NCBI GenBank assembly: GCA_050114915.1
Contig: JASFRN010000004.1
Coordinates: forward strand, 1-49,088
Direction: 5' to 3'
Origin: Gemmatimonadales bacterium
GTDB taxonomy: Bacteria > Gemmatimonadota > Gemmatimonadetes > Palauibacterales > Palauibacteraceae
DNA length: 49,088 nt
Part shown: piece by piece, positions 8,873-17,279 of the stretch
Layout: every line of letters starts with the position of its first letter
How positions within the stretch are numbered: the stretch's first letter is position 1
Translations under genes and position numbers: made by a program
Notes under the pieces: generated by a model
Database searches by the model: none
What the model was told of the DNA's origin: nothing
Seen by the model: only the letters and a program-made list of their open reading frames with translations

Positions 8873-10272
8873 CAGGTCGCGGCGCACCCGACGAATGGCG
8901 GCTGGAGGCCGCCGCGGCCGAAGCGGGAGACCGGCCCGCCCTCGTCGCGGCCGGGCGCACCTGGACCTGGCGCGAGCTCGCCGCGGACGCCGCCCGGGAG
9001 CGCGAGGCGCTGGCCGACGCCGGCGTCGTGCCCAGCGAGACGGCCATTCGGGCAACGCTCGACGCCCACCCGACCCCGGCGACGGTCATCCGGCTGCTCG
9101 CCCTGTTCGAGGCGGGTGTGTGCGCCGTTCCACTGCCGCCCGGCCTGCCGGAGGAGGCTCGTGCGGAGCGGCTGCGCGCCCTCGGCGCACACCTCGATCT
9201 CGAGACCGGGGTACGGGTGGACCCGGACCCGGCCGCCGGCTCTGGAGCCTGGCGTGCCCGGCCCTGCGGCGCCGGACGGCACCCGCTGGCGGTCCTCTTC
9301 ACCTCCGGGAGCTCGGGTACCCCGCGCGCCGTGGAGCTGTCGCGCGAAGCGTTCTCCGCATCGGCGGCCGCCTCCGCCCGCCACCTGGGCTGGCGTCCCG
9401 GCGATCGATGGCTCTGCTGCCTTCCCCTGTTTCACGTGGGCGGGCTGTCGATCGTCACGCGCTGCCTGCTCGGACGCCGGACGGTCGTGCTCGCGGACGG
9501 CTTCGACGCGGTTACGGTGGCCGCAATGGTGGAACGCGAATCCGTGAGCCTCGCCTCGTTCGTGCCGACGATGCTCCATCGCCTGTTCGAGCTGGAGCCG
9601 GAGTGGACACCTCCGGCGGGTCTGCGGGCCGTCCTCCTCGGCGGCGCCCCGGCTTCGGAGCAGCTGTGGAGGGAGATCGAGCGGCGCGGGCTCCGCGCGC
9701 TCTCCACGTACGGGATGACGGAGACATGCTCCCAGGTCGCCACGGGTACGCGAGACGCGCCCCGGCGACTGGTCCCGCTGGACGGAGTGCGGCTGCGCAT
9801 CCGCTCCGGACGGATCGAGGTGGCGGGACCGATGCTGGCGACGAGGGTCCGGGCGGGAGGCGACGAAGAGCCCTTCACCCCCGACGGCTACCTGCGGTGC
9901 GGCGATCTCGGCCGGATCGAAAGCGGGTCGCTCGAAGTGCTGGGCCGCTCCGACCGCACGATTCTAACGGGCGGCGAGAACGTGGCGCCCGCCGAAGTCG
10001 AGACGGTGCTCGAGCGGCATCCGGGCATCCGCCGTGCCGTGGTGTTCGGCGTCCCCGATGAAGAGTGGGGGCAGGTCGTGGGCGCCGCTCTCGAGCCCAC
10101 GGACGCACCCGTACCGGCCGAAGAGCTGCGCGACTGGCTGGCCGGCCGGCTGGCCGGCCACCAGCGCCCGCGTCGCGTCGCGTGGTTGACCGAGCTCCCA
10201 CTGACGCCGACCGGCAAGGTGGACCGCGCAGCAGCCGAACGAGCGGGCAGCGTTCGAGCGTCCGTCCTTTGA
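8866..10272 (+). CDS. menE: o-succinylbenzoate-CoA ligase
   Basis: FTSGSSGTPR, LPLFHVGG, TYGMTETCSQV, GDLG, GGENV.P.EVE, LPLTPTGKVDR; operon context. Confidence 0.88.
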   Translation: MVTGRGAPDEWRLEAAAAEAGDRPALVAAGRTWTWRELAADAAREREALADAGVVPSETAIRATLDAHPTPATVIRLLALFEAGVCAVPLPPGLPEEARAERLRALGAHLDLETGVRVDPDPAAGSGAWRARPCGAGRHPLAVLFTSGSSGTPRAVELSREAFSASAAASARHLGWRPGDRWLCCLPLFHVGGLSIVTRCLLGRRTVVLADGFDAVTVAAMVERESVSLASFVPTMLHRLFELEPEWTPPAGLRAVLLGGAPASEQLWREIERRGLRALSTYGMTETCSQVATGTRDAPRRLVPLDGVRLRIRSGRIEVAGPMLATRVRAGGDEEPFTPDGYLRCGDLGRIESGSLEVLGRSDRTILTGGENVAPAEVETVLERHPGIRRAVVFGVPDEEWGQVVGAALEPTDAPVPAEELRDWLAGRLAGHQRPRRVAWLTELPLTPTGKVDRAAAERAGSVRASVL

Positions 10273-10316
10273 CGGCCGGGACCGACCCGCTGCGACCGAA
10301 CCAGGGAGATGCAGGG

Positions 10317-10700
10317 ATGCTCAGCATGTCCACCGATCACTTCGAGGCCCTCGTCGCTCGCGCGCTACGTCTCCTGCCGCCCGAGTTCGAGGCGCACATG
10401 GACAACGTCAGCGTCGTCGTCCGGGAGTGGCCCACCCGCGAACTGTTGGCTTCGCTCGGCGTGGATCCGGACGACCCGGACGACACGCTGTTCGGTCTCT
10501 ACGAGGGCGTCCCGCTCACCGAGCGGCGGCACGACGACATGCTGCTGCCCGATCAGATCACGATCTTCCGGGGACCGTTGCTGGAGTTTTGCCGGGACGA
10601 GGAAGAGGTGGTCGAAGAAGTGCGGATCACGGTGCTGCACGAGATCGGCCACTTCTTCGGGATGGACGAGGATCGCCTCGACGAGCTCGGCTACGGTTGA
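10317..10700 (+). CDS. Zincin-like metallopeptidase family protein
   Basis: LFGLYEGVPL..R...LPDQITIFRGP, HEIGHFFG; start 10317 or 10326. Confidence 0.85.
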   Translation: MLSMSTDHFEALVARALRLLPPEFEAHMDNVSVVVREWPTRELLASLGVDPDDPDDTLFGLYEGVPLTERRHDDMLLPDQITIFRGPLLEFCRDEEEVVEEVRITVLHEIGHFFGMDEDRLDELGYG

Positions 10701-10726
10701 ACCGGCCGACCCGGCGTCCTGCCGGA

Positions 10727-10846
10727 GGCATGGGGGGTCTAAAAAAGAGACCCGCCCGACCGGACCTTCGCCCCCCCCGCATGCGGCTGCAAAGCAGCCA
10801 GGAACACGAAGACCACAGTACGGACGGGCTCTTTGGCTGTCCCGCC
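10727..10846 (-). ncRNA. Candidate structured small RNA (boundaries approximate)
   Basis: Directly downstream of a near-consensus leftward promoter; long-range pairing 10821-10834 with 10744-10758, central hairpin 10785-10799, U6 run near 3' end; G-U pairs favour the minus strand. Confidence 0.45.
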
Positions 10847-10852
10847 GACCGT

Positions 10853-10881
10853 ATGCTACCTCAGCCCGCCTCTATTGTCAA
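10853..10881 (-). promoter_or_regulatory. Leftward sigma70 promoter TTGACA-N17-TAGCAT
   Basis: Read directly: -35 at 10881-10876, -10 at 10858-10853. Confidence 0.7.
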
Positions 10882-10898
10882 GGTTGATACCCTAACAA
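10875..10898. promoter_or_regulatory. Candidate operator TTGTCAAGG-N6-CCCTAACAA
   Basis: Imperfect palindrome (7/9 right arm), same position and left arm as 17939-17962. Confidence 0.5.
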
Positions 10899-10909
10899 AC
10901 CTCGTGGGC

Positions 10910-10938
10910 TTGCCAAACCCGATCCTAACTGTCAGATT
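10910..10938 (+). promoter_or_regulatory. Rightward promoter TTGCCA-N14-TGT-CAGATT, probably leaderless
   Basis: 17-nt spacing with extended -10; ATG 10946 follows a 7-nt gap with no SD. Confidence 0.55.
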
Positions 10939-10945
10939 TTGTCCC

Positions 10946-11605
10946 ATGCCGTATACGAATCATGTTCGGATGCCCGGTCTCGGGGAGACTCAAAAAGCAC
11001 TTCTGCACAGCCTCAAGCGCCGTGGTCCCTCCACCACCGGCGAGCTCACCGAGGATTTCACGCTGGCGACCGGCACGGTCCGCGAGCACCTCAAGTCTCT
11101 CGAAGCCCGACGTCTCGTGGAACGCGTCGGTACCCGGCGCGAAGGTCCGGGACGACCTCACGTAATATACGGTCTGACGGAGGCGGGCGAAGCCCTGTTT
11201 CCGCGCGGCGAAGCCGAGCTGTTGACCGAGCTCGTCGAATTCCTGCTCGATGCCGACCAGGACGATCTCATCGACAGGTTCTTCGAGCAGCGCGCCGACA
11301 GGGCGGCGACGGAGGCCGCACGCCGCGTGGCGCGGATGACGGTCGAGCATCGCGCCGAGGAAGTCGTGCGCATTCTCGCCGACGCCGGGTTCATGCCGGA
11401 GCTCGGCACCGACGAAGAGACGGGCGACACGATCGTCAAGCTCTGCCATTGTCCCCTCAAGTCGGTGATAGCGGTGACGCGCCGCCCGTGCGCCGCCGAG
11501 GAACGTTTCGTCTCGCAGGTGCTCGGCGCCGAGCTCGAGCGGCTCACCTACATGCCCGATGGCGACGAGTGCTGCTCCTACCGGGTGCGTCCGCCCGGTC
11601 GTTGA
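10946..11605 (+). CDS. Winged-HTH transcriptional regulator, SufR/COG2345-like, Cys-rich C-terminus (copy 1)
   Basis: HTH (T.GTVREHLKSL...GRP...Y.LT..G), LCHCP-x11-C..E and GDECCSY; colinear with copy 2. Confidence 0.85.
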   Translation: MPYTNHVRMPGLGETQKALLHSLKRRGPSTTGELTEDFTLATGTVREHLKSLEARRLVERVGTRREGPGRPHVIYGLTEAGEALFPRGEAELLTELVEFLLDADQDDLIDRFFEQRADRAATEAARRVARMTVEHRAEEVVRILADAGFMPELGTDEETGDTIVKLCHCPLKSVIAVTRRPCAAEERFVSQVLGAELERLTYMPDGDECCSYRVRPPGR

Positions 11606-11633
11606 TCGGAGTCGAGTCGCGTTCCGCGCGCCG

Positions 11634-12422
11634 TCACAGATCCGCCCCGCGGAACCGCCAGGCGGCGATCAGGAGCGGTACGCAGATCCAGGTGAAGAGA
11701 GACCCCGCGGCGACCGCCGTGCCCGTCCCACCTCCGAAGAAGGCCCGGAATACCGCCCCGGTGTAGCCCATCAACGCCGCCTGGTCGAACTGCATGAGCA
11801 GCAGGATGCGCGCGGTGTCGATCGGATTCAGCAGGCTGGCGACCAGGGCCGGACCCTCGAGCACGGTCCCCGGAAGGGTCAGGGACACGGTCGCGAACAG
11901 GCCGTCGTACAACACGGTGAGCGCCAGCCAGGCGAGGATCGCGACGCCCATGCCGGCCGCGCGGTCACGAATCGTCACCGCGGTCAGGAACGCGAGCGCG
12001 AGGCTGCTCAACGTGAGCGCGCCGGTCACCGCGAGCAGACGCAGGATTCCGCTGCCGCCGCCGTGCGTCAGTGCGGCGACGACGAGCGGTGCCCCGAGGC
12101 CCAGCCACTCGACACCGACCAGGGGCAGGGCGACGCCGGCGAACAGTCCGCAGAACAGCTCGCGGCGGCCGACGGGCTGAGCGAGGAGCATGCGGTTGAA
12201 GTCCCGTGCGCCGTACAGGTAGAGCGTGCCGAACAGCAGTCCCACCAGCGGGGTGACGAGCAGCACCGGATTGACGAGGCCGGCGGCCGCGCGCGCCACG
12301 TCGCCTTCGAGCAGGATCAGCGCCTGTGCGAGCCCGAACAGAGCGGCGCCGTAGACGAGGATCCAGCGTCCGCGGGCCACGTCACGCAGTCCGTAGCGGG
12401 CGATGCGGGCGGCCGTCCTCAC
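11634..12422 (-). CDS. nosY: NosY ABC transporter permease
   Basis: Multi-TM; LLAQPVGR, LLNPID.ARIL, ALMGYTGAVF; follows nosF. Confidence 0.9.
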   Translation of the reverse strand: MRTAARIARYGLRDVARGRWILVYGAALFGLAQALILLEGDVARAAAGLVNPVLLVTPLVGLLFGTLYLYGARDFNRMLLAQPVGRRELFCGLFAGVALPLVGVEWLGLGAPLVVAALTHGGGSGILRLLAVTGALTLSSLALAFLTAVTIRDRAAGMGVAILAWLALTVLYDGLFATVSLTLPGTVLEGPALVASLLNPIDTARILLLMQFDQAALMGYTGAVFRAFFGGGTGTAVAAGSLFTWICVPLLIAAWRFRGADL

Positions 12423-13222
12423 GACGCCTCCACGGCCGCCGTCGGCGCGCCCCGCGACTGTCCGGCCTCCGCCTCGATCTCCATGAGGCAGGCCACCGCC
12501 CGCTCGAGGTCGTCGGTCTCCATCCTCCGTAGCAGCTCCTCGGTACTCCCGTCGAACCGTATCCGGCCGTCCACCAGGTAGACGAGGTGGTCGGCCAGGT
12601 CACGGAGCTCGCTCAGCACGTGCGACGTGATCAGCACGGTGGCGCCGCGCTCCCGTTCGGCCCGGATCAGGTCCTTGAGCCGCGAGCGGCCGAGCGGATC
12701 GAGACCCGCGGTCGGCTCGTCGAGAATCAACAGGTCGGCATCGTAGCGAAACGCGATTGCCGCGTTCACCTTCTGCCGCGTTCCGCCCGACAGGGTTCCG
12801 ACCGGCTTGTCCAGGGAGGGTTCGAGGCCGAACAGCGTGAGCAGCTCGCTCCGTGGGCGTCGGGTGAACGGCTCGTCGTCATCCGCGTCGGTCCCGGCGC
12901 CGCGCAGACCACGCAGCCCGTCGATGAACCGGAGAAGCTCGCGAACCCGAAGGTTGTCGGGGAACGCCGGCTGCTGCGGCATGTAGCCGATACGCTCGCG
13001 GTAGAGCGGGTCGCCGTTCACCACGACGCCGTCGAGCTCGATTCGGCCCGCGTCGGGCCGCAAGAGGCCGAGCACCGCCTTCACGAGCGTGGTCTTGCCG
13101 GCCGCGTTGGGGCCGACGAGCGCGGTGATCCGCCCGGTCGGGACTTCGACGTCGAGCCCCCGCAGGACCTCCAGCCGTCCGTACCGCTTGCGCAGCCCTT
13201 CGACGCGCAGCCGGGCGCTCAT
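12419..13222 (-). CDS. nosF: NosF ABC transporter ATPase
   Basis: Walker A GPNAAGKTT, LSGGTRQKV, LILDEPTAGLD; ATGA overlap with nosD. Confidence 0.9.
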   Translation of the reverse strand: MSARLRVEGLRKRYGRLEVLRGLDVEVPTGRITALVGPNAAGKTTLVKAVLGLLRPDAGRIELDGVVVNGDPLYRERIGYMPQQPAFPDNLRVRELLRFIDGLRGLRGAGTDADDDEPFTRRPRSELLTLFGLEPSLDKPVGTLSGGTRQKVNAAIAFRYDADLLILDEPTAGLDPLGRSRLKDLIRAERERGATVLITSHVLSELRDLADHLVYLVDGRIRFDGSTEELLRRMETDDLERAVACLMEIEAEAGQSRGAPTAAVEAS

Positions 13223-15219
13223 CGAACCGCTCCCGGGCTCCGCGGGTCGGCTACCGAGGCCATGGCGGGCGCCGGGTCGACGAGATTCTCGGGCGTCAGC
13301 GCCGGGATCAGCGCTTCCGTCCAGTCGAGGAAGCTGACGAAGAAGCTGCGCAGGAGGATCGTGGTCACCGGGGCGCGCTCGACGACGAGGGCGAACAGGC
13401 GCACCGGCCGGAACGGCACGTCACCCGTGCCGTCCCCGTCGAGGTCGTATCCCCGGTAGCGGTCCCAGTGGTTCCCCCGGAACGAGCTCCGCACGTGTCG
13501 ACCGTTCGTCGTCACGTCGAACGTGTTGGCCACGAAATCGTTCTGCCGGAAGCTCGACCTGGTGGAGTTCGAGAGCAGCCGAATCGCGCGGCCGTTCTCC
13601 CGGAACAGATTGCCGTCGACCGTCGTCCGGTCGAACCCTTCCGCGTAGAGGCCCACCGAGTTGGCGCGGAAGACGTTTCCGGTGATTCGGCTGTCCGTGA
13701 TGTCCTTCAACAGCAGCCCGTAGGACGAGCTGCCCTGGTTGTGCTCGAACCGGTTGCCGGCCATCGCGATGTCCGACGTGTACATCACGGCGACGCCGGC
13801 CACGTTGTCGGCGAAGATGTTTGCCTCGTAACGGCCGCCGTCGGAGAACATGAAGTGCAGCCCGTAGCGCAGGTTTCCGACGATCTGGTTGTGGGCGATG
13901 CGGCCGTCCTCGACGAACTCGAAGTAGATGCCGTCGCGATGGCCACTGACCCGGTTCGAGGTCACGACGACCCGCTTCGAGTACCAGCCGTGGATGCCGT
14001 TGCCCGAGTCGGTCTCCGACGTGCCCGTACCGGTGATGTCGTTCTCGATCACGCGGCAATCGGTAGTGCGGGCGAGGTAGATCGCGAAGAAGCCGCCGTG
14101 GATACGGTTGTGGTCGATCTCGCAGCGCTCGGCGTTCTCGACTCGCACGGCGGCCCGGTCCTCCAGGTAGCTCACTCCGACGTTGCGCAGGTCGAGGCCC
14201 GTGATCCGCACGTCGTCGGCCGTCACGGTGAACAGTTGCCGTTGCCCCTCGCCGTCGACGACCGGCCAGCCTTCGCCTTCGATCGTCAGCGGCCGGTCGA
14301 CGACGACCGTGGGTTCGCGGTACAGGCCCGGCCGGACCAGAATCCGGGCACCGGGCGCCGCCCGCCGCACGGCCTCGCCGATCGACGCGAGGGCGCCGCC
14401 CGGCTCGACGACGAGCCAGAGCGGTCGGTCATCGCTCCCGGCGTCCGGCGGAGACTCGAATCCGGCCGCATCCTCGCCCGCCCCCGGCGATGCCGGCCGC
14501 TCGTGGTCCATCGCGGCATGGTCGACCGTCCGTTCGGGCAGGTCACCGCAGCCCGCGGCGCCCGCCGAGAGCGTCGCGGCGAGGAGCAGGACGAGCGCGC
14601 CGCCCGCCCGTCCTCCCGCCGCGCCGCGTTTCGCCAGCCGGCGCTCGAGCCAGCAGCGCCAGCCGGCGAGGAGTCCGGCGGCGATCGCGATCCAGCCGCC
14701 GAGGGCCGGCAGCGACACCGCCGTGAAGTTCAGGAGCTTCTTCGAGCCGATCAGCGGCGGCTGGTACGTCATCCCGGGGACTTTGATGATCGCCCGCTCG
14801 GCGTCGAGGTTGTGGCCGTAGTCGTAGCCCCAGGCGTAGAAATCGGCGAGCCCGGCGACGGCGGCCAACGCCAGCAGGCCGAACCAGGTGCAGATCATCC
14901 ACCGGCGTCCCACCGCGGCGGCCAGCAGACCCCACCCGATCAGCCCGGCGAGGATCCACGGCATCCAGCTCAGCTCGCGAATCGAGTCGGGGTGGATCTC
15001 CTTCATCCCGATGTAGTGGTTCAGCCCATTGATGTTCTGCAGATCGTGCGGGTGGACGCCGTCGATCGTGTTGATCCGGATCAGCAGGCCGATCCCCTCG
15101 GGGAACTGCGGCGCGTCGAGGTTGATCTGCCACAGGGGCACGAAGTAGAGGAGCACCAGGGCGAGGGCCGCGGCGAGCACGATCAGGCGAGATGCGGGGC
15201 CGGCCGTTTTCGGTCTCAT
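13219..15219 (-). CDS. nosD: Fusion of NosB-like membrane protein and NosD maturation protein (666 aa)
   Basis: N-part: W.I.L.APQFPEG, NINGLNHYIGM, YDYGHNLD...IKVPGM.YQPPLIG.K.LLNF; C-part: beta-helix NosD (GNGIH.W, RDGIYFEF, RYGLHFMFS, GYDLDGDG.GDVPFRP); one open frame. Confidence 0.85.
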   Translation of the reverse strand: MRPKTAGPASRLIVLAAALALVLLYFVPLWQINLDAPQFPEGIGLLIRINTIDGVHPHDLQNINGLNHYIGMKEIHPDSIRELSWMPWILAGLIGWGLLAAAVGRRWMICTWFGLLALAAVAGLADFYAWGYDYGHNLDAERAIIKVPGMTYQPPLIGSKKLLNFTAVSLPALGGWIAIAAGLLAGWRCWLERRLAKRGAAGGRAGGALVLLLAATLSAGAAGCGDLPERTVDHAAMDHERPASPGAGEDAAGFESPPDAGSDDRPLWLVVEPGGALASIGEAVRRAAPGARILVRPGLYREPTVVVDRPLTIEGEGWPVVDGEGQRQLFTVTADDVRITGLDLRNVGVSYLEDRAAVRVENAERCEIDHNRIHGGFFAIYLARTTDCRVIENDITGTGTSETDSGNGIHGWYSKRVVVTSNRVSGHRDGIYFEFVEDGRIAHNQIVGNLRYGLHFMFSDGGRYEANIFADNVAGVAVMYTSDIAMAGNRFEHNQGSSSYGLLLKDITDSRITGNVFRANSVGLYAEGFDRTTVDGNLFRENGRAIRLLSNSTRSSFRQNDFVANTFDVTTNGRHVRSSFRGNHWDRYRGYDLDGDGTGDVPFRPVRLFALVVERAPVTTILLRSFFVSFLDWTEALIPALTPENLVDPAPAMASVADPRSPGAVR

Positions 15220-15237
15220 CGATCTATCGCGGGTCGA

Positions 15238-15272
15238 TTCCCGCCCGGGGCCGTCGCGGCCCCGGACGGGAA
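15238..15272 (-). terminator. Strong intercistronic hairpin after nosZ (no U tract)
   Basis: UUCCCGUCCGGGGCCG-CGA-CGGCCCCGGGCGGGAA, 16-bp stem with one G-U pair. Confidence 0.7.
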
Positions 15273-15284
15273 GGGAAGAGGGTC

Positions 15285-17240
15285 TCAGTCGCCCGTGCTG
15301 AAAGCGATCTGCGGGTTGCTGCCGCGCGGCGACACCCGGACGTAGCCCTGCATCTCCTGGTGGAGCGCCGAGCAGAAGTCGGTGCAGTAGAAGGGGAACA
15401 CGCCCTCGTACTGCGGCACCCAGCGCAGCGTCCGCGTCTCGCCCGGCATCACGAGGAGCTCGGCGTTGCGGGCGCCCATCACCGCGAAGCCGTGCGGGAC
15501 GTCCCATGCCTGCTCGAGGTTCGTCATGTGGAACAGCACCGTGTCGCCGACCATCACGCCCTCGATGTTGTCCGGCACGAAGTGGGTGCGGATCGCGGTC
15601 AGGTAGACGTGCACGGTCTTGCCGTCACGCTCGACCCGGGCCTCGTCCTCGCTGCGCGTGACGTAAGGATTCGTGTTCTCCTCGATCGGGTACATCTGCA
15701 CCTGCTTGTCCCTGATCAGGCTCGCCGGCAGGGCCTGCGCGTAGTGCGGCTCGCCCATGGTCGGGAAGTCGAGCAGCATGCGCATCTTGTCGCCCGAGAT
15801 GTCGATGAGCTGCGCGGCGTGCGCGAGCTCGGGGCCGGTCGGCAGGTAGCGGTCCTTCGTGATCTTGTTGAGCGCCACCAGGTACTGGCCCCACGGCTTC
15901 TGCGAGTCGCCGCCCGGGATCATCAGGTGTCCGATCGAATAGTAGACCGGCATCCGGTCGAGGACCTCCCAGGTGCCCAGCTTCCACTTCACGACCTCGG
16001 AGGAGATGAACATCGAGGTGTAGGCGTTGCCGCGGCCGTCGAACTCGGTGTGCAGCGGGCCGAGCCCGGGGTCCTGCACCTCGCCGGCCACCACGGCCTC
16101 GTAGTTGAGCACCGGGATGCCGTCGATGACGGTGTCGAACTGCTCGTTCGCGATCGCGTCGAGCATCTTCGAGAACGAGTGCACGGGAATCACGGTGGCG
16201 AGCTTGCCCCCCGCGACGATGTACTCGCCGGTCGGATCGACGTCGACGCCGTGCGGCGACTTGGGCGTCGGCAGGAAGTAGACCATGCCCTCGCAGTCGG
16301 CCGGGATCAGCACCCGCACGTCCTGCTCCATCTCGTGGTGGGCGATCCGGTTCTCGTCCAGGTGGTTGTGGGCGTAGCGGGCCTGCCGCAGCTCGCCGGC
16401 CCCGTCGGCCACGCACTCCTCCGCCCGCTGCCAGTTGACGGCGGCCACGAAGTCCTTGTCGTTCTGCGAGGCCTGGATCTCGAGCAGCGAATTGGCCTGT
16501 TCGGTGTTGTAGCTGGTCAGGAAGGCCCAGCCGTACGACGGGCCCTTCCCGGAGTGCGAGAGATCGTAGTTGTAGCCCGGCACCTCGATCTGGAACGCGA
16601 TGTCCATGTCACCCGGCTGGTCGGCGCGGATGAACGAGATCGTGCCGTCGAAGTTCTCCTTGTAGGTGTCGATCGACACGTCCGCCTGCGGAATCGGCAC
16701 GCTGAACCGCGTCGAGGCGACCAGGTATTTCGAGTCGGGCGTGATGAACGGGGACGCGTGGTTTCCGGCCGAGTTCGGGATTTCGAGAATCTCCTCGGTC
16801 TCGAACGTGGACAGGTCGATTCGCGCCACGCGCGGCGTGTTGTTGCCGTTGATGAACAGCCAGCGGCCGTCGGGCACGCCGTCGGTCTGAGAGAGCTCGG
16901 GGTGGTGGGCGTCGTCCCACGGGATGAAACCGAAGCTCGTCTGCAGCATGTCCTTCGTTTCCTCGGTGAAGCCCCAGCCGTTCTCGGGGAACTGCGAGAA
17001 CACGGGCACCGTCTTGATGAGCCGGCCCGACGGCAGGCCGTGAACGGTCACGTTCCCGCTGAAGCCGCCCGACATGAAGGCGTAATACTGGTCGTACTCG
17101 CCCGGGGGCACGTACACCTCCGACGCGGCGTCTCCGGCGCCCGCCGCCGGCCCGCCGCCGGACTGGCAGGCGTAGGTGAACGTCCCGGCGAACGCGGTTG
17201 CCGCGGCCAGCAGCACGATTCGGCGTCCTGTGATCTTCAT
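15285..17240 (-). CDS. nosZ: Sec-dependent (clade II) nitrous-oxide reductase
   Basis: CuZ His motifs WDDAHHP, GNHASP, PKSPHG, GPLH, IGHL, EPHY; CuA PHGF...YCTDFCSALHQEM; Sec/lipoprotein-type signal (TYAC); no C-terminal heme domain. Confidence 0.97.
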   Translation of the reverse strand: MKITGRRIVLLAAATAFAGTFTYACQSGGGPAAGAGDAASEVYVPPGEYDQYYAFMSGGFSGNVTVHGLPSGRLIKTVPVFSQFPENGWGFTEETKDMLQTSFGFIPWDDAHHPELSQTDGVPDGRWLFINGNNTPRVARIDLSTFETEEILEIPNSAGNHASPFITPDSKYLVASTRFSVPIPQADVSIDTYKENFDGTISFIRADQPGDMDIAFQIEVPGYNYDLSHSGKGPSYGWAFLTSYNTEQANSLLEIQASQNDKDFVAAVNWQRAEECVADGAGELRQARYAHNHLDENRIAHHEMEQDVRVLIPADCEGMVYFLPTPKSPHGVDVDPTGEYIVAGGKLATVIPVHSFSKMLDAIANEQFDTVIDGIPVLNYEAVVAGEVQDPGLGPLHTEFDGRGNAYTSMFISSEVVKWKLGTWEVLDRMPVYYSIGHLMIPGGDSQKPWGQYLVALNKITKDRYLPTGPELAHAAQLIDISGDKMRMLLDFPTMGEPHYAQALPASLIRDKQVQMYPIEENTNPYVTRSEDEARVERDGKTVHVYLTAIRTHFVPDNIEGVMVGDTVLFHMTNLEQAWDVPHGFAVMGARNAELLVMPGETRTLRWVPQYEGVFPFYCTDFCSALHQEMQGYVRVSPRGSNPQIAFSTGD

Positions 17241-17279
17241 GGCTCGTATCTCTCCTGGGGGTGGTCGAGCTGGTGGGTG

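Noticed and set aside
10741-10810. AAGCAGCCA resembling the SRP (4.5S) RNA core
   Set aside because: Lacks the preceding TCAGG..GGAAGG helix-8 motif; not called ffs. Also too short and without a clear bubble for 6S RNA
10884-10898. TTGAT-ACCCT-AACAA as an FNR/DNR box
   Set aside because: Spacer is 5 nt rather than 4 and the right arm mismatches; better explained by the larger palindrome
17220-17240. TGRRIV in the NosZ signal as a Tat motif
   Set aside because: Lacks S/T-RR-x-F-L-K consensus; clade II sequence features and a lipobox-like Cys favour Sec
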